A stretch of 63,170 bases of DNA, the filler included, from Globobulimina sp. (lineage: Eukaryota), in NCBI GenBank assembly GCA_003354225.1. It is 29 parts of 29 records of this genome, joined end to end, with 100 filler letters (N's around TTAATTAATTAA, not from the genome) between each part and the next. Parts side by side here need not be neighbours in the genome. Positions count along the whole stretch, not along the records: positions 1 to 2,084 come from PIVH01009134.1; positions 2,185 to 4,268 come from PIVH01009135.1; positions 4,369 to 6,452 come from PIVH01009136.1; positions 6,553 to 8,635 come from PIVH01009137.1; positions 8,736 to 10,818 come from PIVH01009138.1; positions 10,919 to 13,001 come from PIVH01009139.1; 23 more parts are not named here. One strand, given 5' to 3'. Numbering within the stretch: the first letter of the stretch is position 1; each line of letters begins with the position of its first letter. Shown piece by piece: positions 1-10,948 of this stretch. The notes under the pieces are model-generated. The model saw only the letters and a list, made by a program, of their open reading frames with translations. It did no database searches and was not told where the DNA came from. The position numbers were made by a program, and so were the translations under genes.

Positions 1-155
1 CAATCCGCAGCAACGAAAACAAAAATCAAAGTGAAGAAACAGATTCAACCAAAAACGAACAAATGCGAGATTACTACTGGATAGTGGTGGTGCAGTATAA
101 TTTTCTAACATATACGGCATAGACACAAAAGTCTGAAAATAAATATTATTAATAA

Positions 156-2084
156 TTATATAGCATCATCATCATCAGGTGACGAAATATTAATATCATC
201 ACAATGACATTTTGCACATAAACATTGTTCCTCTTCATCATCACTTTCCGCTTCAACTTTCCTCATCGCAACATTTGATAATAATCTTTTGATTGGAACA
301 TAAATATTTTCTTTATTCTTATTTGCACTTTTCTTACATGAACAAATTAATCCACATCCACATCCATGTTTATTTACATCTTTCTTTAATTGGGATTGCT
401 TAATTTCATGTATAATATTTTTATTATCGACATCCGTGCCACAATACGGTGATTTATATCGTTTTAATAATATGGATGATACTAAGACGCACAAAGAAGA
501 ACAGGCCATAGCAATGGCAGCAACTTCCGGTGGTAGTCGTAAGCCAAAGGTTGGATATAATACGCCCGCTGCAATTGGTATGCCCAAACAATTAAAACCT
601 AGCGCCCACACAAAATTTAAATATATTCGATGAATAATTGTTGTCGATAAATCAATTAACATTGCTATATTATATAAATTATCATTCATTAATACCACAT
701 CACTTGCTTCCATTGCAATATCTGCCCCATTCCCAATGGCAATGCCTAAATTTGCTTGCGATAAAGCCGCCGCATCATTTATGCCATCACCAACCATCGC
801 GACATTAAACAAATACTTCTCTCCGCTACATTTCTCCAATTCTTCCTCTTCTTTTTCAAATGTTTTATACGATGTGGCTGCATACTCGGTTTTCTGCATT
901 GATATCATCCCAACACTGCGAAAAGTACTTATTTCTTTGCTAACAATAACATCATCATTATTCTTCTTATTTTTATCATTTAATATCACACCAAACTGCA
1001 ACTCCTTAATCACCCGATGTTTATCCTGCGGCAACACCTGCGAAATTACATTATTTTCATCAATGCCGACTGCTTTTGCTACGGCAACCGCTGTATTCCG
1101 AGTGTCCCCCGTTAACATAACACATTTTAAATTATATTTGCTTTGCAATAAACTAATAATATGCTTTGATTGCGGTCGCGGCGAATCAAATAAACAGACA
1201 TAAGCCACCAACGTACAGTCAATACTTATCAGCAATGTAATATTGCCAGTACGGTTTCTTTTGGATATTATCTTAGAAACATCACTATGCTTCATCTTGT
1301 TTGGTAATTTAATCTCATTCACCAATGAATCACTTAATATGTCACCAAAAAACCAATTGAAATTACCAATACATACATGATGTTTGCCCACCAATGCTTT
1401 GATGCCTTTGCCTGGAATAGCTTCAAATTGCTGCGGTGTAATTAATTGCCGATTATATTGACGTAGCTCGTGCCGTGTGAACGTAACCATTGCTTTGGCC
1501 AAAGGATGTTCGCTGTTTAGTTCACTGCAACCTAAACAAAATAATATCTCCTCCTCTGTTAATGTCTTTTTTTTGTCAGCAAAGCTCACAAAATCAACCA
1601 CTTTCGGTCTGCCATAGGTTAAAGTGCCCGTTTTATCAAACACAATAATGTTTAAATTATGTGCAATTTCCAACACATTGCCACCTTTAATCAAACATCC
1701 ATACTTTGTGGCGACGCCCATACCCACCATGACTGCCGTTGGTGTGGCTAAGCCCAAAGCGCACGGACAGGCAATCACCATCACCGCCATTGAGAATAAT
1801 ATGGCAAAAAAAGTGCAATCTTGACCCTGTGCATAGTCTCTATAGCCGGTAGCACATAAAATATACCACACTACAAAGGTTACGATGGCAATAACCACCA
1901 TCAAAGGGACAAAATAGGAGGAAATCAAATCGGCGAATTCCTGTTGTTTGGGCTTGTTTGTTTGCGAATCCTTCATCAATTTGATAATTTTAGAGATTAC
2001 AGAATCTGATTTACATTTATCGACACGCACTAATATCATACCGTTATCGCCACAGTTTATGCTCGAACTAATCACTACATCACC
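156..2084 (-). CDS. P1B-type (Cu+) transporting ATPase, ATP7/CopA-like, 5'-truncated
   Basis: CPC in TM6, DKTGTLT phosphorylation motif, SEHPL, MLTGD, GDGIND and the TM8 MxxSS motif. Cys-rich C-terminal tail. Confidence 0.95.
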   Translation of the reverse strand, partial: GDVVISSSINCGDNGMILVRVDKCKSDSVISKIIKLMKDSQTNKPKQQEFADLISSYFVPLMVVIAIVTFVVWYILCATGYRDYAQGQDCTFFAILFSMAVMVIACPCALGLATPTAVMVGMGVATKYGCLIKGGNVLEIAHNLNIIVFDKTGTLTYGRPKVVDFVSFADKKKTLTEEEILFCLGCSELNSEHPLAKAMVTFTRHELRQYNRQLITPQQFEAIPGKGIKALVGKHHVCIGNFNWFFGDILSDSLVNEIKLPNKMKHSDVSKIISKRNRTGNITLLISIDCTLVAYVCLFDSPRPQSKHIISLLQSKYNLKCVMLTGDTRNTAVAVAKAVGIDENNVISQVLPQDKHRVIKELQFGVILNDKNKKNNDDVIVSKEISTFRSVGMISMQKTEYAATSYKTFEKEEEELEKCSGEKYLFNVAMVGDGINDAAALSQANLGIAIGNGADIAMEASDVVLMNDNLYNIAMLIDLSTTIIHRIYLNFVWALGFNCLGIPIAAGVLYPTFGLRLPPEVAAIAMACSSLCVLVSSILLKRYKSPYCGTDVDNKNIIHEIKQSQLKKDVNKHGCGCGLICSCKKSANKNKENIYVPIKRLLSNVAMRKVEAESDDEEEQCLCAKCHCDDINISSPDDDDAI

Positions 2085-2184
2085 NNNNNNNNNNNNNNNN
2101 NNNNNNNNNNNNNNNNNNNNNNNNNNNNTTAATTAATTAANNNNNNNNNNNNNNNNNNNNNNNNNNNNNNNNNNNNNNNNNNNN
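2085..2184. other. Artificial contig linker (first of 28 identical linkers, about every 2.18 kb)
   Basis: 44 N + TTAATTAATTAA (stops in all six frames) + 44 N. Intervening contigs are length-sorted from 2084 down to 2080 nt. Confidence 0.98.
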
Positions 2185-2874
2185 ATGAATTTTATCTCGG
2201 CTGGTGTTAGACGTTCCATAAAGCGATGTCTATTAGTGTGTAGACCAAGATTTGTTAATTGTAAACCATATTATCCAAACAGAAATGCATTTATAGCAAA
2301 GAGATACGTTGGGGATAATAACAGAACTCCAAAATTTGATCCGTTACGAATTTGCGCAAAGGAAGACGGGGCAGCTTTATTCTTTATTGCTTTCAATAAA
2401 TATGTTGCTTGGACAAGACATCATAATACGGCAACAGATCCGGCAGAAACTAAAAACGACGCAACTAATTGGACTTTTGTTGTATCATATATTATGGCCG
2501 GAGATGATGTCAGTATGAAAGAAAGAGAATATTTAACAGAATTTATATATCATTGGACCAATGGATTATTAACAATTGACGAAGCCAATGAAATTATTAC
2601 TAATGCGGCAAAAGAAAATAACAATGAGAGTGTCATGAAGAAAGCAAAACAACTTTCATTGCAAAATGACTCAAATGTATTAAGAGAATCGTTATATGCT
2701 GGTTTAGTTTTTGCGGGAGTCGATGGATTACATCAATTAGAAATTGATAGGTTTAATAAAGTTTGATTATCATGGAATATTCCACAAAATGAATTGGATG
2801 AAATGTTAAATTTGTTTTACGCAGCAAGCGATTTATTATCAAAATACAAACAATTGTTTCTACGTTCAAATTGA
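2185..2874 (+). CDS. TerB-like helical protein with possible mitochondrial presequence; in-frame TGA at 2764-2766
   Basis: Two D-x-x-x-x-x-E helical motifs (GDDVSMKERE, VDGLHQLEID). The frame continues past TGA as LSWNIPQNELDEMLNLF...RSN to TGA 2872-2874. Arg-rich, acid-free N-terminus. Confidence 0.5.
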
Positions 2875-2919
2875 TTGTATATAGTAATTATATGATGACT
2901 AGCTCACCTCATAGACGAC

Positions 2920-3066
2920 AAGAGCATCCGGTTTTCAGCGTCAGATTTTTATTGGGGTAAGGTAGATGCAAACCGTTTCTGGTGACTGACAAAAGCAAAA
3001 ATTATATAGGTTTGCCTTCGTTTCTCAGAAACAATAATAATCTGACGTTGAAAACCGGATGCTCTT
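2920..3066. mobile_element. MITE with ~35-bp terminal inverted repeats
   Basis: AAGAGCATCCGGTTTTCAGCGTCAGATTTTTATTG at 2920 versus CAATAATAATCTGACGTTGAAAACCGGATGCTCTT ending 3066 (2 mismatches). No ORF. Confidence 0.75.
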
Positions 3067-3216
3067 TTTTACCTTTATTATAGATTTATCTTCTTTCATA
3101 TGCTAGAATCCAGGAAAAATCTATCCTTGCACTGTCGTCTAGTCATCGTTATATCGTTTTTATAATTTCTAACTGTAAACTGACTGTAAAGTCATATTGA
3201 AAACCTAGAACGGAAT

Positions 3217-4086
3217 TTATTCAATCACATATACTTCTTTCCCATCATGGGTATCACATAAAGTCTTAAAATCAAACCTTTTATCACATGCTTTCCGTAT
3301 GCCCTCCACTATTTTGCTCCATCTTTTGTTTTGTTTAAGAACATCCCAATAATTCTGACCATAATCTGACAACAATTCCTCTCCTTTTTGTATATTTCTG
3401 GTTGTTATTACAAATACATTTGGCCATCCATTCCTATCAACTTCAAAAAATCGACAATTTAAATATAACATATCTTCATTTGTTAACTCTTTCACATATA
3501 AATCTTTTCTACAATCATTAATATATAAAACTTGCAAGTCTTTATTTCCTCCTTCCAACGGATCAATTGTAATTAATTTTATTTCATTATCAATATGAAC
3601 TTGAAATGAATATAAATATTTTCCATTAATTAAATCTCTATTTGAATAATCAAAAGTGTCTCCCCATTCTTGATTGCTCATTTCCAATCCAACAAATTGA
3701 GCTAACACTGTATGTGCTGGAATATCCATGATCGCAAACAGATCTTTTTCTCCTTCTAACTCTGCAACACGGTGACCTTCGCAAATTGTATCAGTTTTTG
3801 TCAATTCATTTAGTGTATGATTATTATATGAAGTATGTGGATTTGTGAATGAATGATTATTTTTATTATTTTCAAAATATATTAATAATTGTTTTTCAAT
3901 TGTTTTAGTTAATTTATTTTGTTTATTTCTTTCCGATAATAAAATATCTGCGTAAATATCATTCCTTTTATTTTTACATATTTTTGCAATGTTTGTTCTT
4001 TCAATGCCATCATTACATTTATTTGATTCATATGCTTTTATTGGTTCATGTCCATTCAACATTACCTCTCTTATTCCTGCTGCCAT
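3217..4086 (-). CDS. SET-domain protein (lysine methyltransferase-like)
   Basis: LFAIMDIPAHT, YINDCR...LNC and TTRNIQKGEELLSDYGQNYW are SET signature segments. Confidence 0.85.
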   Translation of the reverse strand: MAAGIREVMLNGHEPIKAYESNKCNDGIERTNIAKICKNKRNDIYADILLSERNKQNKLTKTIEKQLLIYFENNKNNHSFTNPHTSYNNHTLNELTKTDTICEGHRVAELEGEKDLFAIMDIPAHTVLAQFVGLEMSNQEWGDTFDYSNRDLINGKYLYSFQVHIDNEIKLITIDPLEGGNKDLQVLYINDCRKDLYVKELTNEDMLYLNCRFFEVDRNGWPNVFVITTRNIQKGEELLSDYGQNYWDVLKQNKRWSKIVEGIRKACDKRFDFKTLCDTHDGKEVYVIE

Positions 4087-4830
4087 TATTTGTAATTTTT
4101 ATATTAATATCGATTTTTCTTTTAATTTATTTCTCAAATTCATATTTTCAAAGAACCTGTTGTACTTTTCTTCAAATATTGTACCAGCTGATAAATATAT
4201 TTCCTAGTCCCCAAAGATGTGCCTAACACAAATCTGTGCTTCACTCCTTCCAAATATGGGTGGAAGTTNNNNNNNNNNNNNNNNNNNNNNNNNNNNNNNN
4301 NNNNNNNNNNNNTTAATTAATTAANNNNNNNNNNNNNNNNNNNNNNNNNNNNNNNNNNNNNNNNNNNNTGACAATTTCGTGATGTCGGTATAGATGGTTT
4401 TAATTAACGAATTGATTTCAACTGATGATGATTGAGCTGCCTTTAAGCGGTCTTTAAGTGTTGGATACACAAAAAATATCAATGGATAGTCGTAAGATAT
4501 CAACTGCATCAAACACCCCAAAGGTGATAATTTCTCAAAATAGGTTCTTGTTGATCGCGACGCAGGAATAAGCTTTGAAAATATAGTATTGATGGTTAAA
4601 AATTTCAATATGATCTGATCCACCGGTGTGAAAAACAGCATATTGCTAAATTAGCTTCAAGCACTCTATAATATAAACGTTAAACCTTCTTGTCACAATA
4701 AACAGTACTAGTAAATAAACCTTCTCGTCACAGTAAAGAGTATATAAACATTCTTGTCAGACGGTGTCAATGGCAAAAAAGATTTTTAAATAACTGAAGT
4801 GTTACAGTACCTCGGTTTTTTTACAATCAA

Positions 4831-5794
4831 ATGATGCATCCTTCAGCGCTAATTTCATCCATTATTTGGTGTGTCTGTGCTTTGTGCACCGTTACATTGC
4901 TATTAGTATCATTCTACAATTATAAACATGGAAGTGCTAAGATCAGCAGATCTGTGTTGATTTACAGTTTTGCCGTAATCATAACATTCTTCATTAATTG
5001 TATTACCGCTGCAATATATCAACAAGGTGATTCAGCATACCGTTACTATTTACCTTTGCAAGTATTATCGTTACATTTGTGGACGTGGGGCTGTGTATTT
5101 ACATACATTATATTCATTGGAAGGCTTAAAGTGACTAAAAATACACTGTATGCTCCAGCCAATTGGGTTTTTATCCTCTCCTATTTTTTAGTAGCACTCT
5201 TTTTTACATTCGAATGCATTGAACAGATAGTATTAATTTTATTTAGTAACAGAACAATAACACCAAAACAATACGGTCGTTACTTAGCAACTTGTATTTG
5301 GAGCATAGAATTTGTAGATTTCATTCTGTGCATTATGTTAATCACAACATTTGTTAAAAAGTTGATGTTGGCTGCAATTGCCGTCGGGTCTTATGATATG
5401 AATGATAAATTAACTAATCACCAAAATAAATTATTATATGCCATTACAAAAACAAGCTTGCTATCCATCATTGCGGTGGCGACCACACAGTTTGTGTTAA
5501 TGTATTGGCTCATATTCCAGTACTAGTTAATATTTTATTCGTTTGCGGTATATTTAGTACGACCTAATTTGTGTATGCTTTCATAATATTGGATATATGC
5601 TATGGTCATTACATTGTTTCATTGGAAGTTTAGCCATTTTCCTCAGCCTTTCATTCAATAAAACATGGTACGACAAAGTGTGTGGAAAATGCCATAAACA
5701 ATGTCAATCTCATTATGATGAAACTGCAATAAGAAAAACTAAAGCGTCTTATGAATTGCACTCATCACTGCTTACTGGTAATCAGAATGAATGA
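4831..5794 (+). CDS. 7TM GPCR-like membrane protein (frame break near 5524-5557)
   Basis: Six hydrophobic helices in 4831-5526, and a seventh helix plus CxxCHxxC tail in 5597-5794. The junction (intron or lesion) is not resolved. Confidence 0.6.
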
Positions 5795-5944
5795 AATGTG
5801 ATTGGAGTGTTGTGTGTAGACAATATAATAATTGTGAGAGTCAATTCAGTGCATTTTTCATTAATTGTTTGGAATTGTTTGCCAATGTGAATGAGTTCTT
5901 TGTTTTTCTTTTTTAATTTTCGAGTCAAACAGGATAAAACAACA

Positions 5945-6024
5945 CTCCAAAACCACTATGAAACCTATCGAAAAGCCATATGAAACTACTATGAAATCCC
6001 TATAAAACCATTGTGAAACCTATC
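5945..6024. repeat. Degenerate ~11-bp minisatellite (AAACCACTATG-like)
   Basis: aaaaccactatg/aaacctatcg/aaaagccatatg/aaactactatg/aaatccctata/aaaccattgtg/aaacctatcg. Confidence 0.6.
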
Positions 6025-6632
6025 GCATGCAAACAAACTGTTTTTCCATGATAGACAAACTTAACTTATCTGATTCAATTTCCATTGTTAATGTATACAG
6101 ATAACAAGAACGTTATTAACAATACTTGTATGCTTTTGTGTTAGATTAAAACCAGCTTAAATGAATGATTTTGTCCTTGACTTGCATTAAAAGCTCCGAC
6201 AACAAATAAATAAGGGCAGAAACGTTACTGATCTCACTTTTAAATCAATCATACACAAACAAACAAACATGCACAGTCATGGGATCACATTGGTTATTAA
6301 ATCACATATGATTCGTTTTATTACAGGTAATCGCTATTTTTAAAAATATGTACTAATACAAGGAATATTCAATATTGCATGATGAATATTGCAAGAAAAA
6401 TGTTTATTGCCTTTTGTTTGACCAATACTATGTTAAACAAACCATTGTTTTGNNNNNNNNNNNNNNNNNNNNNNNNNNNNNNNNNNNNNNNNNNNNTTAA
6501 TTAATTAANNNNNNNNNNNNNNNNNNNNNNNNNNNNNNNNNNNNNNNNNNNNCAATCATAAATTCTCCTTATGCATATATAATAAACTATAATTTTACAT
6601 AATGGAATAATGGTTCTAATCTACTTATGGTT

Positions 6633-8088
6633 TTATAAAAAAAAACAGAATAGGAAGGTTATGGGAAAACTGAATGAATCCATTCCCAAAACAGCCGTAA
6701 ATATACCACTGGATGCTCTCAATGTGGGTGCTGCGGTTGCATTGTTTGTGTGGTTTGTTGGTGTGCATTGACAGCTAGCTTCACATTCAGACTTTGAGTA
6801 ACAATGTATTTGACTTCTCTCCATTTGCACACTGCCAATGCATGGATATATGACTGGGTCGCCTGACATAAATGCGATGCAATTACGTGTTTTTATATGG
6901 TGATAAAATCAAATAACATACAATGAATATCAGCGTCCAAACTAAGCTCAATTCCAGCTGCCGGTATCCATGAAAAATCCGCATATCCTGTAAAATTATT
7001 ATTTTTTAAATGCAGTTTATATAAAACACCATTCGTAGCTAAATCAGCTATAATCTGCCAATCAATGTGGCCGCTAAATGCGTTATCATTCATATCCAAT
7101 GCTTCCAAACCATATAAATAACTAAATATATCCCAGTCAACCTCGCCATAAAATGCATTATAACCGATCTCAAAGAATCTGAATCCGGCAGCAAATTCAT
7201 ACCCATTGCTCATGCTCAATTGTCCAGAAAAAGCATTGCTTTCAAGGTCTATTTCGTGTAAATTGGGAACATATGCGCTTGAAAATATATTTAGGTTTTC
7301 AAAGTGCGCTGCAATGTTCGTTGAATGCATTCGAAAACTTATCAATTGCGGGAATTTGCTGATAAATCCAGTGGTGCCCACATCCATTGTCCCATAGAAA
7401 TTGTTATCCGATAGCTCCAAATATTTAATTCCAGAAACATTGCTTATAGCGATTTGAGAGAAATTGCTCTCAAAGTCATTCCCAGCTAAGACCAAATCTG
7501 TCAACGAAGGCAGGGCTGCAATAATATTCCAATCCGCGTTGGAAAGGGTATTATTAAACTATTTAGAAACAATATGCTGTATATTTAATGTGAGTTATTT
7601 GATGTGGATATAGCTATGTTGTACCTTATTGTATTCTAAATCAATTTTTATGAGTTGGCTCAAGTTTTGCACAGAACTCCAATCCCAATGGCCAGATAAA
7701 GCTGTTTCGTTGCCTGAAATATAGAAAATATTTCATAATATGGATAAAATAATTTAACGTACGGATATGCAAAATACAAACGGAATTGTTTCATATCAAT
7801 CATTGCTAAATTGTGAGGCCATCCAGTGTCGAGATCTAAGGTTCCTTCCAAATGGATACGTTCCATTGTAACTGCACTAATTCTTGTGTTGCTACAACCG
7901 ATGTATGAACTATTGTAATCACAATAGTCATTATCATTGAAATTAATACCAAGAGACAGTGCGTCTATGTTGGTGTTTCTAAATATCTGACAGATGCGAT
8001 GAGTGTCAAGTTCTTGTGATAGTGCACATGCGTAGCTATAAACACTTGGTAGAAAAAATGCCAGTAATAAACTAAAGATGAGTGACAT
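6633..8088 (-). CDS. Secreted or GPI-anchored leucine-rich-repeat protein (multi-exon)
   Basis: Signal peptide in 7660-8088, LxxLxLxxNxFxG repeats in 6893-7504, and a Cys-rich then hydrophobic C-terminus in 6633-6869. ORFs are separated by AT-rich intron-like gaps. Confidence 0.8.
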
Positions 8089-8150
8089 GATACAAAGAGT
8101 TAGTCAGTTAACAAACACAGTAAGTCATCACAGCATTTGCGTAATCAACC

Positions 8151-8635
8151 ATGTTGTCCATCATTATCTGTTTCTGTGCTATCACAATCACCACCATTAA
8201 AGCGAATGTGATTGGTTGTCTAAATGCCGGTTCATGCACAGGACTTACATTTTCATGCAATGCCGATGAAGCATGTAAAATTGTGTGTGATGTTGCTAAT
8301 GCATGTTCCGATGCAGCATTTTATGGTGATGTAGCAACAGCGTTAACAGTAAATTGTAGAGAATCCGCATGTGGTAACGTTCTCATTAATGGAGGCCAAG
8401 GATCCTTATTAAATGTAACATGCCAAGCTAACGCCTGTCAAAGTGCGACTATTGATGCTCAGAACGTAACCCCAAATCTAGTAATCAGCTGCCAACAAGC
8501 AAACGCATGTAAATTGAACCTTATTTATTGCGGAAACACTCACTGTTCCCTTAAATGCAGTGCATCAGATCCGTCTGCCTGTCAAGATGTAACTGTAGAT
8601 GTCACTGGCGCCAAAAGCTATTCATGTACAGGCTT
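8151..8635 (+). CDS. Secreted Cys-rich repeat protein, 3'-truncated
   Basis: Signal peptide followed by repeated (L/I)xxxCxxxxAC units. Confidence 0.75.
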
Positions 8636-8735
8636 NNNNNNNNNNNNNNNNNNNNNNNNNNNNNNNNNNNNNNNNNNNNTTAATTAATTAANNNNNNNNN
8701 NNNNNNNNNNNNNNNNNNNNNNNNNNNNNNNNNNN

Positions 8736-9848
8736 TTTTCGATTTTGTTGTTTTACTGCAAAATCTGGAAATTTCCATTGTATTTCAATTGCAATCCAAC
8801 AAACAGGAATCACACATTGCCAATCAAATACCAATACGACCAGTCGCTGCGTAAAGCGCGTGTTGTGTGGTTTGAACACTTCCTGGGACCCGTTGCTTTG
8901 CCCACTGCTATCTTAGTATTTTGCAGTCATAAATGTTTACGAAACCGCCAATTGAGAGCAGCCGCTATATTCTTATCATTTGGTATCGGAGCCAAACTAT
9001 ATATGGCTGAGTACAGTTCATTTGATATAAACGTAGAGAAAACATACAAAGTTCTCCTATGCCCAACGCCAATCGGCAAGGAATGTCGAGACATGTAAAA
9101 AGTTTCCTATTTAAAGTATTGAAAACAGATAAAAACACTTTAAAAAACACATAGTTTAAAAGAACACGATTCCGATCATTGGATATTGGATAAATATGAA
9201 ATCGATGCGATGAAATTAAGGAAAAAAATGGCAAATTCAAATGTTGGCGCATATCGACAATGGTATAATCGGAAAAAATATTGTGACGATATATTTGAAG
9301 GGAATGCAGATAAAAATGGTATGAAATCTGCGGATCCGGATAAATCTGAGGATGATTATGACTTGGAACTGGATGAGGAAATATATGGAGATACTAGGTT
9401 TATGGCTGAATATCCATTGCCAAAAAGTGAATTAACGTTTGCCACGCAGCAATTGGCAGAGAGTGTGTTCGAAAACATTGACGATTATGACAGTTCGAAA
9501 ACAAATATAATTAATCTGAGGCCAGAAACGCGTTTTGTTAAAGCTGCCATGTGGCCCAAAGCATTGATTGAAAGCGAAGAGTTCAAAAAAAAAGAGGATA
9601 AACAGATATTTCGAGACTTTGGGGTTGATATTGATAAAGATAATGAAATGAAGAAAGAATTGTTATCAGAAATACCCAAAACCAGTTTATATTCGGATGA
9701 ACAGTGTTGGCAAATTGAAGAAGATTGGAGAAAATGTAAATTAATGGTAAGGAGAGGCAAAGCAAAAGCAAGTGAGTGTAAAAAATTAAAATCTGATATG
9801 AAAATGTGTAGAGGACTTGCTGCTATGTCTAGGCTTAAAGCTCTTTAA
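8736..9848 (+). CDS. Membrane protein with C-terminal twin CX9C (CHCH-like) motif, 5'-truncated
   Basis: GT-AG intron 9095-9154 joins ORFs 8745 and 9186 in frame (CRDI-LKEHDSDHWILDKYE). C-terminus has CWQIEEDWRKC...CKKLKSDMKMC. Confidence 0.65.
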
Positions 9849-10187
9849 TCATTGCATCCCAAACAGCAACAACAAAAAACCCATAATCAATTGTATACAG
9901 TTTGCAAATCTAATGGAAGAACGAATGTCCATTTCTTAACGTAATATAAAAAGAGAATAAACATAATATCAAATTATTTAATCGACAGCAAAGTAGAACG
10001 ATTGCTCAAAACGTACAACATTTTTCAAACATTAATCGCATTATGACACAGTCAATAAAACAAATATTATAAATTAAACAAAAGAAAATTATCATACAAA
10101 AAAGAAACATTCATCATATTAGATAGACGAAACGTTTGTGTATTTCTTGACATAGACAATTTGCACCAAATATATTTTAATTTTGGT

Positions 10188-10818
10188 TCAAACAAATCTG
10201 CGAATACAAACACAACAACAATAACAAACTCTGTTGCATCCGCAGCACAGCGTCATGTATAATGATTGATTGACACTGTAACTTAAGTATGAACATAATA
10301 TTTGTAAGAAACAATAAATACATTGCAGATCACGCACAATCCATTGTCGCTCATTATGATGCATTACATCCGCGACTGCGAATACAATATGTAACGCCAC
10401 TGTACTTATTATAGAAACAGTAACCAATATCGTTATTTTGCTGACAATAAGGATGAGTTCCTCTTGTTTTTCGTTTAAATGATAACTGGAGCTCTGTGAC
10501 ACATGCATTAAATGTGTATTTGCGTTAACTGATAATGTCTTACTCATTTCTACAGTTTTAGATTTTGATTTTGTTTCTAATTTTGTTTTGTAATCAACGG
10601 ATGTTCTCATTATATTTGTTAATTTTAGCAATGATGCATTGAATAGTATCAATAACGAAATGTGTAAAGCTATCTCCATTGCAATCACAACATAATTGGC
10701 CAATCTTAGATTGTGGCGAACAGTGCCTATATGTGGCTCTCGCTCTCGTCCACTTACCGTATAATTGATGTACGAATATGCTGCACTGTATACTGCTAAA
10801 AATACTAACAAAATGATA
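10188..10818 (-). CDS. 7TM GPCR-like protein, C-terminal part
   Basis: Several TM helices and a YxxLCCGCNxVC Cys-rich tail, resembling the gene at 4831. Confidence 0.6.
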
Positions 10819-10948
10819 NNNNNNNNNNNNNNNNNNNNNNNNNNNNNNNNNNNNNNNNNNNNTTAATTAATTAANNNNNNNNNNNNNNNNNNNNNNNNNN
10901 NNNNNNNNNNNNNNNNNNTATTCAGAATTTGATGCAATTGCGCATTGA

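Noticed and set aside
2085-2184. Regularly spaced TTAATTAATTAA palindrome as a biological repeat
   Set aside because: Always centred in N runs of fixed length; it is an assembly concatenation linker. ORFs ending in X...LIN are artefacts of it.
2875-2960. SECIS element after the TerB-like gene
   Set aside because: ATGA is present, but no convincing stem with apical AA and a GA quartet. The region is explained by MITE arms.
4087-4268. Stop-codon reassignment (TAA/TAG read through upstream of the SET ORF, TAG at 5524)
   Set aside because: Conserved genes (DRG1, EHD, ATPase, DUSP) end at TAA and contain no internal stops. Isolated cases are better explained by introns, non-coding DNA or lesions.
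4670-4760. Triplicated TAAACCTTCTTGTCAC motif upstream of the 7TM gene
   Set aside because: Short local duplication with no evidence of function.
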